From assembly GCA_002269645.1 (NCBI GenBank), contig NIVC01000152.1, positions 744,001-808,000 of the forward strand: a stretch of 64,000 nt of DNA, read 5' to 3'. Source of the DNA: Macrostomum lignano (Eukaryota). The notes beneath the pieces are model-generated. The model ran no database searches. It was given only the letters and a program-made list of their open reading frames with translations, and was not told where the DNA came from. Below are positions 50,389-63,452 of the stretch, in pieces (position 1 is the stretch's first letter; each line of letters opens with the position of its first letter). The position numbers were made by a program, and so were the translations under genes.

Positions 50389-53300
50389 CCTCCTCTCTCC
50401 TCTTCTCTCTTCTCTTCTCTCTCTCCCCTTCTCTCTTCTCTCCTTTCTACTTTCTCCTCTATTCTCGTCTCTCCCTTCTCTCTCTCCTCTCTTCTCTCTT
50501 CTCTCTCTCTCCCCTCCTCTACTCGCTTATCTCTCCTCTCCACAATTTTCTCTCTTCTTTCTCATCCTCTCTCCTCTCTCATCTGGTCCGCAACCACGAG
50601 CTAGATTCTAAATCTGGCCCTTGAAGTAAGAAAAATTACTGACCTCAGGACTAGATAAAAAGATGCTCAATGTTTCAAAATTGGAAACTAACCATATTCT
50701 CCAGTCTCCGTAGACGCTTCATCGCCGCCTCGTCCAGTTGGACCGGTGGCGGCTGTGCCTGCAGCAGCTCATCCAGCTGGCGGCAGAGGCTCAGCAACAA
50801 GTGGCGCACGCTCTCCGATCGATGTGACAAACCGATGAGGCGCACAAGCCGAACGGATCCAGGAGGCAGCCAGCCAGACAAGCCGGTGAACGCTGCGGCA
50901 GCTAAGGACGTCTTGCCGCAGGCCAGAGGTCCATGAATCACCAGAGGCAGCATGCTGTCCGACACGGCGTAGGAGCGAACCAGCGCCAGCCAGTCCTGCA
51001 GACACGCGGCATCCGGAGCTCTGATGGGACAGACATGAGTACTAAATCTTCATGGGACAATAATGAAAACAATAATTGATTACACCTGCCCTAATAGCCA
51101 CCTGTGCAACCGACAGCTTAGCCGCAGCTATTGCGCGGCACATCTGAAGGCTGCGTACGGCTGTTCAGTCCAAGGACTGGGGGGGGGTCACCTCACACAC
51201 CCTCAATTACCCCAGCTAATGCTGGCACCCATTTTACAGCTGGGTGAACTGAAGCAATACAGAGTTAAGTGTGTTGCTCAAGGACACAAATTGTTCCGTG
51301 TGGGTCGAGAATCGAACCCCCGACCTTTCAGTCGTGAGTCCAACGCCCTAACCACTAGGCTACAACTCCCCTACATTACATTAAAAATCCAGCAACCAAG
51401 TGTCTCACAATCTGCTGCAGTAGGCCTCGCTCTCAAGTCGCATTCGATCGGGATCAAAGCTGGCCCAGCAACGGCGCCGACCTTCGTTGGTCAAGCATGC
51501 GGCCTCTTCTACTGACGCCTCGGCTGCAGATGCCGCAGCCAGCATCATTGGCTCGATGGCGCGGCAGACCGAGCCGCACAGTCGTCTTAGATAAGCGTCG
51601 TGGGCGCGGATGACGCCCGGGTTGACCCCACCGTCGGGGGTCCATTCCAGCTGGCATCGGTGCACCTGGCAGTGTTTATTGTCTTTAGTTGGCAATTATG
51701 CCATAAAGAATTTGTTACTTAAAAGAATCTAACCCGATCCGATCGGCAAGCCGCCTCGGCGTCCATGCGGAGCCGGGCCAGCCGGCCGGCAGCGGTCAGA
51801 TCGACCTCCGTCCGGCCGGGCAGCAGGTCGGTGAAGCGGCCGGCTGACTGTTGGTCCAGGCAGTCGCGCAGATTGTCGAAACTGCGAAGAATTAACAGCA
51901 GCTTGGGACTGCGGCTGACGGCTGGCTCCGGCGGAAGGAAACTGCATGCAGGGATGCAGGGTTGAGGCTGGGATTGTGCTCAAAAACTCAGGGGCTTGTG
52001 AATTTGATTGATTAGCTCAAAAAATCATGTTTAGCTGACTGTGTAACAAGATGTGTATCAGACATGATAAAAATAGCCCTAGAGGACATTCTGTTTCTCA
52101 AACTTAGCAGATCTTGTCTCTGTGCCATTGTCGGCTGATTTTCCATGCAAGAATGGCATTCTTGCACTCTTTTGCGTGCAGGAATGGATGTCTATGGTAA
52201 AATCTCACTGAAAAAGCATTAGGCGCAGAAATGCATTCCTGCACGGTTTTGTGCATTCCTGCACGATGAATCATCCGACAATGGAATTCCTTCACGTTCA
52301 CTCGTGCGTGAAGGACATCGTGCACTCGTGCGCTAGCGCGCACTCGTGCAGATGTCATTCCCGCACTCGTTACCGTGCATGAATATATCATTCTTAGCAG
52401 ATCTTCTTAATCTGCTCGGTTCTTGCAGGATCTTCTAAGATGGGAGGCACATTTTTTTGCTAAAGTGTTCTAGCTGAACTATATTTATTTTATGACAAAA
52501 TGGGACAATAAATTTAAGAAAATATGCGATTCGAAGCTATAAAAAGATATAAAAGCTAAGATCTTGTACGATGTAGCAAGTCGCCCAGATCTGGTAAGTT
52601 TACCTAAGTATTATTATAGCAAAGATCTTGCACGTTCTTGCAAGTACTTGCGCAGCAACCCAAGAAGATAGACAAGATCTGCTAAGAATCAACAAGTCAA
52701 TGTCTTCTAGGGAGGTTCATAAAGCCCATGAGTTAAGCCCTGCCATGCATTTTTATGATTTTAGGCCCAGGAAATGTGCGTAGGAAATAAAATTAACATA
52801 CAATCCTAATTTTCTAAACGAAAAGCTCCATAAATACCAATAGAGCTATTAGAAAGGCACAACGTATCAAAGGATGAACACTGGTTATGCCTCCTATCTA
52901 GAGCAATAGCAATCCAAACAAACATTTTCTAAGAAACGTAGTTTCCCGTCTTTCTACTTGCTGAGGCTGAGGCTCCGAAAGGTAAGATTCGAACTCAGAG
53001 CAGACACTGACTGAATTTAGAAGCCAAAACCAGACTGAAAACCAACCCGCGCAGCTCGGTCTCCAGCGGTGACGCTGCCGCGGCTTTCAACACAGCGCTC
53101 CGCGCCTCGGCTAGCTGGCCCTGCCGCACCAGCCGCCTGGCAGCCGCCGACATCGCAGTCAGGAGCAGCCGGTCGCGCCGGCGACGCTCGTTCTGGGACG
53201 CCTCGTCCTCGTCCGGAGCCGGCGGTCGCAGCCGGTAAGGCCGCTCCGTCTCGTCGTCGACGTCGCCCTCTTCAAGCTTCCGGCTGTACCAGGCGTCCAG

Positions 53301-54442
53301 CAGCTTGGCCACCATCGCCGCCTCCTCTGGCGGCCGCTGTCTCGGCGATCCGTCCGGTTTTCCTGGCGCGTAGACTACCGCGTCAGCGTCATCGTCCGAT
53401 GGACGCAAGGCGACCAGGGTGCGGCCGAGGGTTCTCGCCAGCGAGCTCAGGCGGCGCTGCGACATTTGAGACCAGCGAAGCGGAGCCGCCGGCTGCGGAG
53501 GGTCGTCTTGACGGGAGTCTTCCTCCTCGGCCTCCTCGCGGCTGTGCCTCAGCATCAACAGCGCTGCCTTCGTGCCTCGACCGAGCTTCAATTCCCTGAT
53601 TCGCTGGTGATTCCCCTCAGCTAAAGGTGCGACGGAGGCGGCGGCGGCAGCGGCCTCGGAAGCCGCGGCAGCGGAGTTCGCGGCCGTTTCGGCGGCCTCC
53701 GCCAGTTCGCAGCGCAGCAGGCGGAACTCCTCGGCGTCGATCTCGGCCGGACAGACTGGTTGGCCGACGCAGTCGCCGAGCATCACCAGCTGGACCTCAC
53801 TGACCTCGTCGTCAAGACAGTCGGACAGGTCGGCGGCGCCAAGCCAGTGCCGGCCGCGCCGCGGATCCTCCAGACGGAAGTCGAGCCCGAGGCCGCGGCC
53901 GAATCGGCGAAGGCGACCGGCGGCTAGTCGAGCGACCGCCGACCGCTCGGCGTCGAAGTCGGCCGGGCTGGCGACCAGCCGCAGGCGGAAGCGCGGATCG
54001 GCGGTGCAGCTCCGGCAGATCGGCGGTAGGACGGGCGGCGCCGGCAGCGGCGGCGGCAGGGAGACAAACTCGAAGACTCGGTCCGGGCTCTTGGCGAGCT
54101 CCGCCATCAAGTCGAACTCCTCTGCCGTCTCAGCAGCCGCATCGTCGCCCGCCGCCTTCTCGGCGGACTGTTCGGCAAAGTCGACTTCGAGACAGCCGGC
54201 TCTGCTGGCCGCGGACAGGTCGCGCTTTTTGAGCACGCCGAATTCTGAGTAGCGGCTGCAGCAGGCAGCGCCAGCGCTCGGCTTGAAGCTCCTGGTGGGC
54301 CTGCGGGTGACGGTTGAAGGGGTTCGGCGGTGTGCGGAGGAGTTTATTCGAGACCAGTTTACAAATCTCTGCACAGTTGGCGGTGTACAAACAGAAAGCT
54401 AAAAATTAAGCCGCGCAAACTTCTCACCTTCACGCTGTCCAT
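45286..54442 (-). CDS. NACHT and WD40 repeat protein (NWD1/NWD2-like STAND ATPase), about 1928 aa; exons 54428-54442 (tentative), 53047-54368, 51734-51941, 51409-51665, 50693-51020, 47517-49862, 46065-46836, 45286-45824
   Basis: Exons sum to 5787 nt in frame. DUF4062-like N-terminus (RLRLVASPADFDAERSAV...LDFRLEDPRRG), Walker A GPLACGKT, Walker B IVVLLDGVDQL, LSWMP motif, winged helix ALGYLTAARDGLTEPEL, and WD40 repeats (LQGHAGPITAMCVS...TASMDNTIKTW). Confidence 0.88.
45840..45995. repeat. 31-bp minisatellite, about 5 copies, in last NWD intron
   Basis: TGATGCTGGGCTACTTGTGATGGGGAGGCTG repeated. Confidence 0.85.
46890..47490. repeat. 21-bp minisatellite (AAATACAGACTTGATGGATTC)n, about 28 copies, in NWD intron 46837-47516
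   Basis: Directly visible; gives the (LYLNPSS)n stretch of ORF 46635-49754. Confidence 0.95.
47517..49862 (-). CDS. Largest NWD exon: Walker B, winged helix and N-terminal WD40 repeats
   Basis: Acceptor CCATCAG (phase 0) and donor AAG|GTGCTC; in frame with ORF 46635-49754. Confidence 0.85.
49985..50580. repeat. CT-rich low-complexity tract (CTCCTCTCT-like) in NWD intron
   Basis: Directly visible; explains ORFs 49844-50611. Confidence 0.9.
51103..51366 (-). mobile_element. tRNA-derived SINE, copy 1 (NWD intron)
   Basis: Minus strand has A box TAGCCTAGTGG and B box GGTTCGATTC, then a core TGTGTCCTTGAGCAACACACTTAAC...CCCAGCTGTAAAATGGGTGCC. Near-identical copy at 61793-62057. Confidence 0.85.
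52077..52712. mobile_element. Non-autonomous CMC/EnSpm-like element (636 bp) in NWD intron
   Basis: TIRs CCCTAGAGGACATT / AATGTCTTCTAGGG (1 mismatch), 2-bp AG duplication on both sides, and a perfect 17-bp subterminal inverted repeat CTTAGCAGATCTTGTCT (52103-52119 / 52670-52686). Confidence 0.65.
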
Positions 54443-54586
54443 TCGGGCAGAGAATTGCAGTGCAGCGGCTATTGTTGACGAGTAGAACTCACCATTCTAG
54501 GAGAGCTCTATTGCAAGATAAAGCTGAGCACTTATGCCCACTATATATACGTATGCTGCATACATGAAAACTGTATCGGTGACAAG

Positions 54587-54632
54587 CGGAAGTCCCGGTA
54601 GGAAAACTTCCGGTTAGCAACCGCATAGCAAC
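54587..54632. promoter_or_regulatory. Candidate NWD promoter: ETS-like CGGAAGT motifs and RFX X-box-like GTTAGCAAC / CATAGCAAC
   Basis: Motif cluster 150-190 bp upstream of the tentative ATG at 54442; motif match only. Confidence 0.3.
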
Positions 54633-55103
54633 TATTGTACCTGACACTATAGATGCGCCATTGTGAGGAAGTGATGTGATGAAGCTGCTAATGAAGCTGG
54701 ATGGTAATACTGGAGAATATATAATGAAATATTTGGCCTGAGGCTAGTGCCTAACAAAGGCGTACATATTTGACAATGGAGCCGCCATTACGAGTATAGT
54801 GAAGGCAGACAGCAAATGCTGTGCATACGAGGCAAACAAAAATATGATGTAGAATGGCTCTGACATTCCTGTCAAGCCTTATCTGCAGATCTTTATAGTT
54901 ACCTAACAATCCTTTGCGTATAGACTAGCTAACTAACAAATGGAATTAGGGATGGCCATTATGAAGGCTTACTTGTGAATTACTAATTTATTGGGCTTAG
55001 ATAGACGGGGGCAGTGTATTGCTCTGACGATGAAACATGCTCATGCTGCAGGGCTTAACTGACAGCCTCTAGTAATGTGCTTCACTCTATTCTGATCTGG
55101 AGA

Positions 55104-58024
55104 ATCTGGGATCGGGATCTGGGATCGGGATCTGGGATCGGGATCTGGGATCGGGATCTGGGATCGGGATCTGGGATCGGGATCTGGGATCGGGATCTGG
55201 GATCGGGATCTGGGATCGGGATCTGGCATCGGGATCTGGCATCGGGATCTGGCATCGGGATCTGGCATCGGGATCTGGCATCGGGATCTGGCATCGGGAT
55301 CTGGCATCGGGATCTGGCATCGGGATCTGGCATCGGGATCTGGCATCGGGATCTGGCATCGGGATCTGGCATCGGGATCTGGCATCGGGATCTGGCATCG
55401 GGATCTGGCATCGGGATCTGGCATCGGGATCTGGCATCGGGATCTGGCATCGGGATCTGGCATCGGGATCTGGCATCGGGATCTGGCATCGGGATCTGGC
55501 ATCGGGATCTGGCATCGGGATCTGGCATCGGGATCTGGCATCGGGATCTGGCATCGGGATCTGGCATCGGGATCTGGCATCGGGATCTGGCATCGGGATC
55601 TGGCATCGGGATCTGGCATCGGGATCTGGCATCGGGATCTGGCATCGGGATCTGGCATCGGGATCTGGCATCGGGATCTGGCATCGGGATCTGGCATCGG
55701 GATCTGGCATCGGGATCTGGCATCGGGATCTGGCATCGGGATCTGGCATCGGGATCTGGCATCGGGATCTGGCATCGGGATCTGGCATCGGGATCTGGCA
55801 TCGGGATCTGGCATCGGGATCTGGCATCGGGATCTGGCATCGGGATCTGGCATCGGGATCTGGCATCGGGATCTGGCATCGGGATCTGGCATCGGGATCT
55901 GGCATCGGGATCTGGCATCGGGATCTGGCATCGGGATCTGGCATCGGGATCTGGCATCGGGATCTGGCATCGGGATCTGGCATCGGGATCTGGCATCGGG
56001 ATCTGGCATCGGGATCTGGCATCGGGATCTGGCATCGGGATCTGGCATCGGGATCTGGCATCGGGATCTGGCATCGGGATCTGGCATCGGGATCTGGCAT
56101 CGGGATCTGGCATCGGGATCTGGCATCGGGATCTGGCATCGGGATCTGGCATCGGGATCTGGCATCGGGATCTGGCATCGGGATCTGGCATCGGGATCTG
56201 GCATCGGGATCTGGCATCGGGATCTGGCATCGGGATCTGGCATCGGGATCTGGCATCGGGATCTGGCATCGGGATCTGGCATCGGGATCTGGCATCGGGA
56301 TCTGGCATCGGGATCTGGCATCGGGATCTGGCATCGGGATCTGGCATCGGGATCTGGCATCGGGATCTGGCATCGGGATCTGGCATCGGGATCTGGCATC
56401 GGGATCTGGCATCGGGATCTGGCATCGGGATCTGGCATCGGGATCTGGCATCGGGATCTGGCATCGGGATCTGGCATCGGGATCTGGCATCGGGATCTGG
56501 CATCGGGATCTGGCATCGGGATCTGGCATCGGGATCTGGCATCGGGATCTGGCATCGGGATCTGGCATCGGGATCTGGCATCGGGATCTGGCATCGGGAT
56601 CTGGCATCGGGATCTGGCATCGGGATCTGGCATCGGGATCTGGCATCGGGATCTGGCATCGGGATCTGGCATCGGGATCTGGCATCGGGATCTGGCATCG
56701 GGATCTGGCATCGGGATCTGGCATCGGGATCTGGCATCGGGATCTGGCATCGGGATCTGGCATCGGGATCTGGCATCGGGATCTGGCATCGGGATCTGGC
56801 ATCGGGATCTGGCATCGGGATCTGGCATCGGGATCTGGCATCGGGATCTGGCATCGGGATCTGGCATCGGGATCTGGCATCGGGATCTGGCATCGGGATC
56901 TGGCATCGGGATCTGGCATCGGGATCTGGCATCGGGATCTGGCATCGGGATCTGGCATCGGGATCTGGCATCGGGATCTGGCATCGGGATCTGGCATCGG
57001 GATCTGGCATCGGGATCTGGCATCGGGATCTGGCATCGGGATCTGGCATCGGGATCTGGCATCGGGATCTGGCATCGGGATCTGGCATCGGGATCTGGCA
57101 TCGGGATCTGGCATCGGGATCTGGCATCGGGATCTGGCATCGGGATCTGGCATCGGGATCTGGCATCGGGATCTGGCATCGGGATCTGGCATCGGGATCT
57201 GGCATCGGGATCTGGCATCGGGATCTGGCATCGGGATCTGGCATCGGGATCTGGCATCGGGATCTGGCATCGGGATCTGGCATCGGGATCTGGCATCGGG
57301 ATCTGGCATCGGGATCTGGCATCGGGATCTGGCATCGGGATCTGGCATCGGGATCTGGCATCGGGATCTGGCATCGGGATCTGGCATCGGGATCTGGCAT
57401 CGGGATCTGGCATCGGGATCTGGCATCGGGATCTGGCATCGGGATCTGGCATCGGGATCTGGCATCGGGATCTGGCATCGGGATCTGGCATCGGGATCTG
57501 GCATCGGGATCTGGCATCGGGATCTGGCATCGGGATCTGGCATCGGGATCTGGCATCGGGATCTGGCATCGGGATCTGGCATCGGGATCTGGCATCGGGA
57601 TCTGGCATCGGGATCTGGCATCGGGATCTGGCATCGGGATCTGGCATCGGGATCTGGCATCGGGATCTGGCATCGGGATCTGGCATCGGGATCTGGCATC
57701 GGGATCTGGCATCGGGATCTGGCATCGGGATCTGGCATCGGGATCTGGCATCGGGATCTGGCATCGGGATCTGGCATCGGGATCTGGCATCGGGATCTGG
57801 CATCGGGATCTGGCATCGGGATCTGGCATCGGGATCTGGCATCGGGATCTGGCATCGGGATCTGGCATCGGGATCTGGCATCGGGATCTGGCATCGGGAT
57901 CTGGCATCGGGATCTGGCATCGGGATCTGGCATCGGGATCTGGCATCGGGATCTGGCATCGGGATCTGGCATCGGGATCTGGCATCGGGATCTGGCATCG
58001 GGATCTGGCATCGGGATCTGGGAT
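55104..58024. repeat. 13-bp satellite (ATCTGGCATCGGG)n, about 224 copies, almost perfectly homogeneous
   Basis: Directly visible; explains ORFs 55041-58066. Confidence 0.98.
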
Positions 58025-58434
58025 ACTGCCGACTATGGTTAATTGAAACGACAAATTAAAAAGCAAAATATTCGTAGCACATTACCGTAAGTAGGATACA
58101 GTTCAATATGTATAAAAATAATAGATCACTGAGCAAAAATGTATCAACAATAGGAATTTTTCCATAGGGAACCCCTCTTCCAGCCTGCAGACAATAGCGA
58201 GCGGGAAAAACGCAAAAGCATGGAGCAGCTCTGCGCTAACCGACCAGAGTAACTGCCAGATAGCATCATCGGGGTACAAAGTATCTAAAAATTGTTTTTT
58301 TTCACGAACTACAATAAACTCAGCTTTAGTCACGAAGCTGTGAGAGGTGGAGTCGGTCGGCAGGGGGCTGTTATCGTTTAAGCATTGCTGACAGTGTTTG
58401 TTTTGCATAATAGTTTATTTATGCCCCCATCTGC

Positions 58435-59750
58435 CTATAGATCTAACCTTTCATCTGTTTATAGATCTATTCTCCCATCTGTCTATAGATCTGTTCTCCC
58501 ATCTGTATATAGATCTATTCTCCCATCTGTCTATAGATCTGTTCTCTCATCTGTATATAGATCTGTTCTCCCATCTGTCTATAGATCTGTTCTCTCATAT
58601 GTCAATAGATCTATTCTCCCATCTCTTTATAGATCTATTCTCCCATCTGTCAATAGATCTGTTCTCCCATCTGTTTATAGATCTATTTTCTCATATGTCA
58701 ATAGATATATTCTCCTATCTGTCAATAGATCTATTCTCATACCTGTCTATAGATCTATTCTCATACCTGTCTATAGATCTATTCTCCCATCTGTCTATAG
58801 ATCTGTTCTCCCATCTGTCAATATATCTATTCTCATACCTGTCTATAGATCTATTCTCCCATCTCTATAGATCTATTCTCCTATCTGTCAATAGATCTGT
58901 TCTCTCATATGTCAATAGATCTATTCTCCCATCTGTATATAGATCTATTCTCTCATATGTCAATAGATATATTCTCCTATCTGTCAATAGATCTATTCTC
59001 ATACCTGTCTATAGATCTATTCTCATACCTGTCTATAGATCTATTCTCCCATCTATCTATAGATCTGTTCTCCCATCTGTCAATAGATCTATTCTCATAC
59101 CTGTCTATAGATCTATTCTCCCATCTCTATAGATCTATTCTCCTATCTGTCAATAGATCTGTTCTCTCATATGTCAATAGATCTATTCTCCCATCTGTAT
59201 ATAGATCTATTCTCTCATATGTCAATAGATATATTCTCCTATCTGTCAATAGATCTGTTCTCCCATCTGTTCATAGATCTATTCTCTCATATGTCAATAG
59301 ATATATTCTCCTATCTGTCAATAGATCTATTCTCATACCTGTCTATAGATCTATTCTCATACCTGTCTATAGATCTATTCTCCCATCTGTCTATAGATCT
59401 ATTCTCCCATCTGTCAATAGATCTATTCTCATACCTGTCAATAGATTTGTTCTCCCATCTGTCTATAGATCTATTCTCCTATCTGTCAATAGATCTATTC
59501 CCATACCTGTCTATAGATCTATTCTCATACCTGTCTATAGATCTATTCTCCCATCTGTCAATAGATCTGTTCTCCCATCTGTCAATAGATCTATTCTCAT
59601 ACCTGTCAATAGATCTGTTCTCCCATCTGTCTATAGATCTATTCTCCCATCTGTCTATAGATCTGTTCTCCCATCTGTCAATAGATCCATTCTCATACCT
59701 GTCTATAGATCTGCTCTCTCATCTGTCTATAGATCTATTCTCCCATCTGT
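58435..59750. repeat. 24-bp minisatellite (ATAGATCTATTCTCCCATCTGTCT)n with 26-bp variants and a 262-bp higher-order duplication
   Basis: Directly visible; identical variant blocks are 262 bp apart (58909/59171, 58870/59132). Confidence 0.95.
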
Positions 59751-60314
59751 CGCTTACTCGCTCCGTGTCTCTAAAGTCTCGAATTCCTCATATTTCTTAC
59801 TCTATCTCTATTTCCATCACTGCCTAGCTTTCGAAGCTTTCAAATCTCATACAATTTTGCTTTGTTTACAAAAACCTCAAACACAAAAAACCAATACAAT
59901 TTTTCCCGAGGCCCGCCAAGCCCAAGTGAATAGAAAAGCCCCAGGGTTTCAGTCTTTAAGCGCAGCTACCCGAAAATGGACGGGAGAAGGAAGGGCAGAT
60001 GCTGGGAAAACCTGGCTTTGTATTTATGAGTATTAGCACTTACTCGGAGAGTTTTCAAAGCCATTCAATTTTGCTAACACCTTGAACGGCACGGCAGTTG
60101 TTTTCATTTTAAAATCAGAAAAAACGCCCATAGCTGCCCCGGCAGAGCGAGAGGGAAGAGGGAGGGCGGCGGGGACACGGAAGCAGCAGACAGGGAGGGA
60201 GTGCTGGCCTGCCTGGCTGGGGCGAATGGGAGGCGGGCTACGGCGAGTGACGCCGTATAGGATGGGCGAGGTGAGGATAAGCTGAGGCAGAAAGCCACCA
60301 CCGCCTCTCGATAG

Positions 60315-61580
<1,266 letters not shown>

Positions 61581-61792
61581 ACGCTTGAGTCAGGAATTGA
61601 CGGACAGAATTGAGAACTGTTTGACTTCTATTTGCACTCTGATTGCAGTGCACTAATGCTGCATCTCTCAGATGAAGGTAGAGAAAGTTCAGAAAGTCTA
61701 GTAGACTGATTTTTGAAGGCGATACATCAGTTATACGATATAATAGTAATAATACATGTATTAATAAATTACACCCGCTCCCACTGAGTAGA

Positions 61793-62057
61793 TGTGCAAC
61801 CGACAGCTCAGCCGCAGCTATTGCGCGGCCCATCTGAAGGCTGCGTACGGCTGTTCAGTCCAAGGACTGGGGGGTCGCCGCACACCCTCAATTACCCCAG
61901 CCCAGCTAATGCTGGCACCCATTTTACAGCTGGGTGAACTGAAGCAATGCAGAGTTAAGTGTCTTGCTCAAGGACACAAATTGTTCCGAGTTGAGTCGAG
62001 AATCGAACCCCCGACCTTTCAGTCGTGGGTCCGACGCTCTAACCAGTAGGCTACAAC
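61793..62057 (-). mobile_element. tRNA-derived SINE, copy 2
   Basis: Colinear and highly similar to 51103-51366. Confidence 0.85.
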
Positions 62058-63289
62058 CCCCAATATTAAAAAACAAATTAAGCCCGTTGTTGCTTCTCAT
62101 AGTTTTATGGCGCTGTGAAATTTGTCGTGTATACAGTACCGGTACATGTAAATCTATATGGGCGCTCGCAAATGTTTACTCTAAATCGTGAGTGATGTTT
62201 ATTTTTTATAAAATTTGTCAGGTTTTGTACACTTAACATCCATATCTATTTTAGTTATTTTCTCATAATTTTGTACTTCATTTGCGACTAAAACTACTCG
62301 ATAACTATTTTTTCGGTTGCTTACATGTATTAAAAATCGCCCCAAAAATAGTTTTCTCAAGGCAGATGAGAATTTTGTGACAGCTGGATCTTGCCACCTG
62401 TTGCTCAAGTAATCGCGCCCCATCCACGTTGCTTTGAAGGTGGGCACATTACCATTTAAATTTGGGCGGGGGGCTATGGGTTTAAAAATAACTCTGCAAT
62501 GACACAGACCTACAGAAACGGAGATTCGTCTTGCTTAATTTCCGCAGACCAAAGTCCATTGTTACCGCCTGGTTCTGATATTATTAGTCTGTCAGTTTAA
62601 CTGGCAGACACCGCGCGATTGTGTGCAGCCAATTTAAGCCGCTTACATTCGGCTAAAATAATCATAATTGCTTCGGCGCCCCAGGTGGATCTTCTTTCAC
62701 GAATAGCCAGTTTTGCGTTAATATGGCTTCACAGAGAAAATTTAACATTCCTTCACTAATTGTCTGTCTGTCGGTCTGCTCCTAGCTATAGAAGCAATCC
62801 TTTACTGTCTTTGTTTTCTGTCTAAAAAAAATTAACCCCAAAATAAAAGTTATTTGAAAGTCATCGAAAGCTTTGACACCTCAAATTTTTATTCCTTAAG
62901 TTTGTTTTTTGTTGCAGAAAGTGCGAAATTTTCACCTGATTTTTTATAGACAAAATACAAATTTATAGGCCTGCAGGTATCGCAGTGCCTCGACTGGGTG
63001 GTCTTTCCATCAATTCTCTTTGATATTTCTCACGGTCAGGTGAGCCGTCTGTCTCATTAGTCAAATGGAATAAAATATTGATAATTTGACTAAAATATTG
63101 ATAATTGAAAATATTGATGATTTAGGTTAAATTCCACCTGGGTAATTTGGTGAATTCTTAACGACAGCACAGCACGCACAGGAATTAATCAAATGGCAAT
63201 AAAAATTTAATATTTAAAGCTAATTTAAATCCAGTTTCATGCATTTGGGTCACGCAAATTTGACAAGACTGGAACCCAGTCAAGCAGAG

Positions 63290-63452
63290 CAGGTGACACT
63301 GCAGTCTAACAGGTGACACTGCAGTCTAACAGGTGACACTGCAGTCTAACAGGTGACACTGCAGTCTAACAGGTGACACTGCAGTCTAACAGGTGACACT
63401 GCAGTCTAACAGGTGACACTGCAGTCTAACAGGTGACACTGCAGTCCTACCA
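63290..63452. repeat. 20-bp minisatellite (CAGGTGACACTGCAGTCTAA)n, about 8 copies
   Basis: Directly visible. Confidence 0.92.

Noticed and set aside
51300-51366. tRNA gene (also about 61990-62057)
   Set aside because: A/B boxes are present, but they continue into a shared core and tail; this is a SINE head, not a cloverleaf tRNA.
55041-58066. ORFs of about 990 aa (MPDPDARSRCQIP / GIWHRDLASGS)
   Set aside because: 13-bp satellite with no stop codon in most frames.
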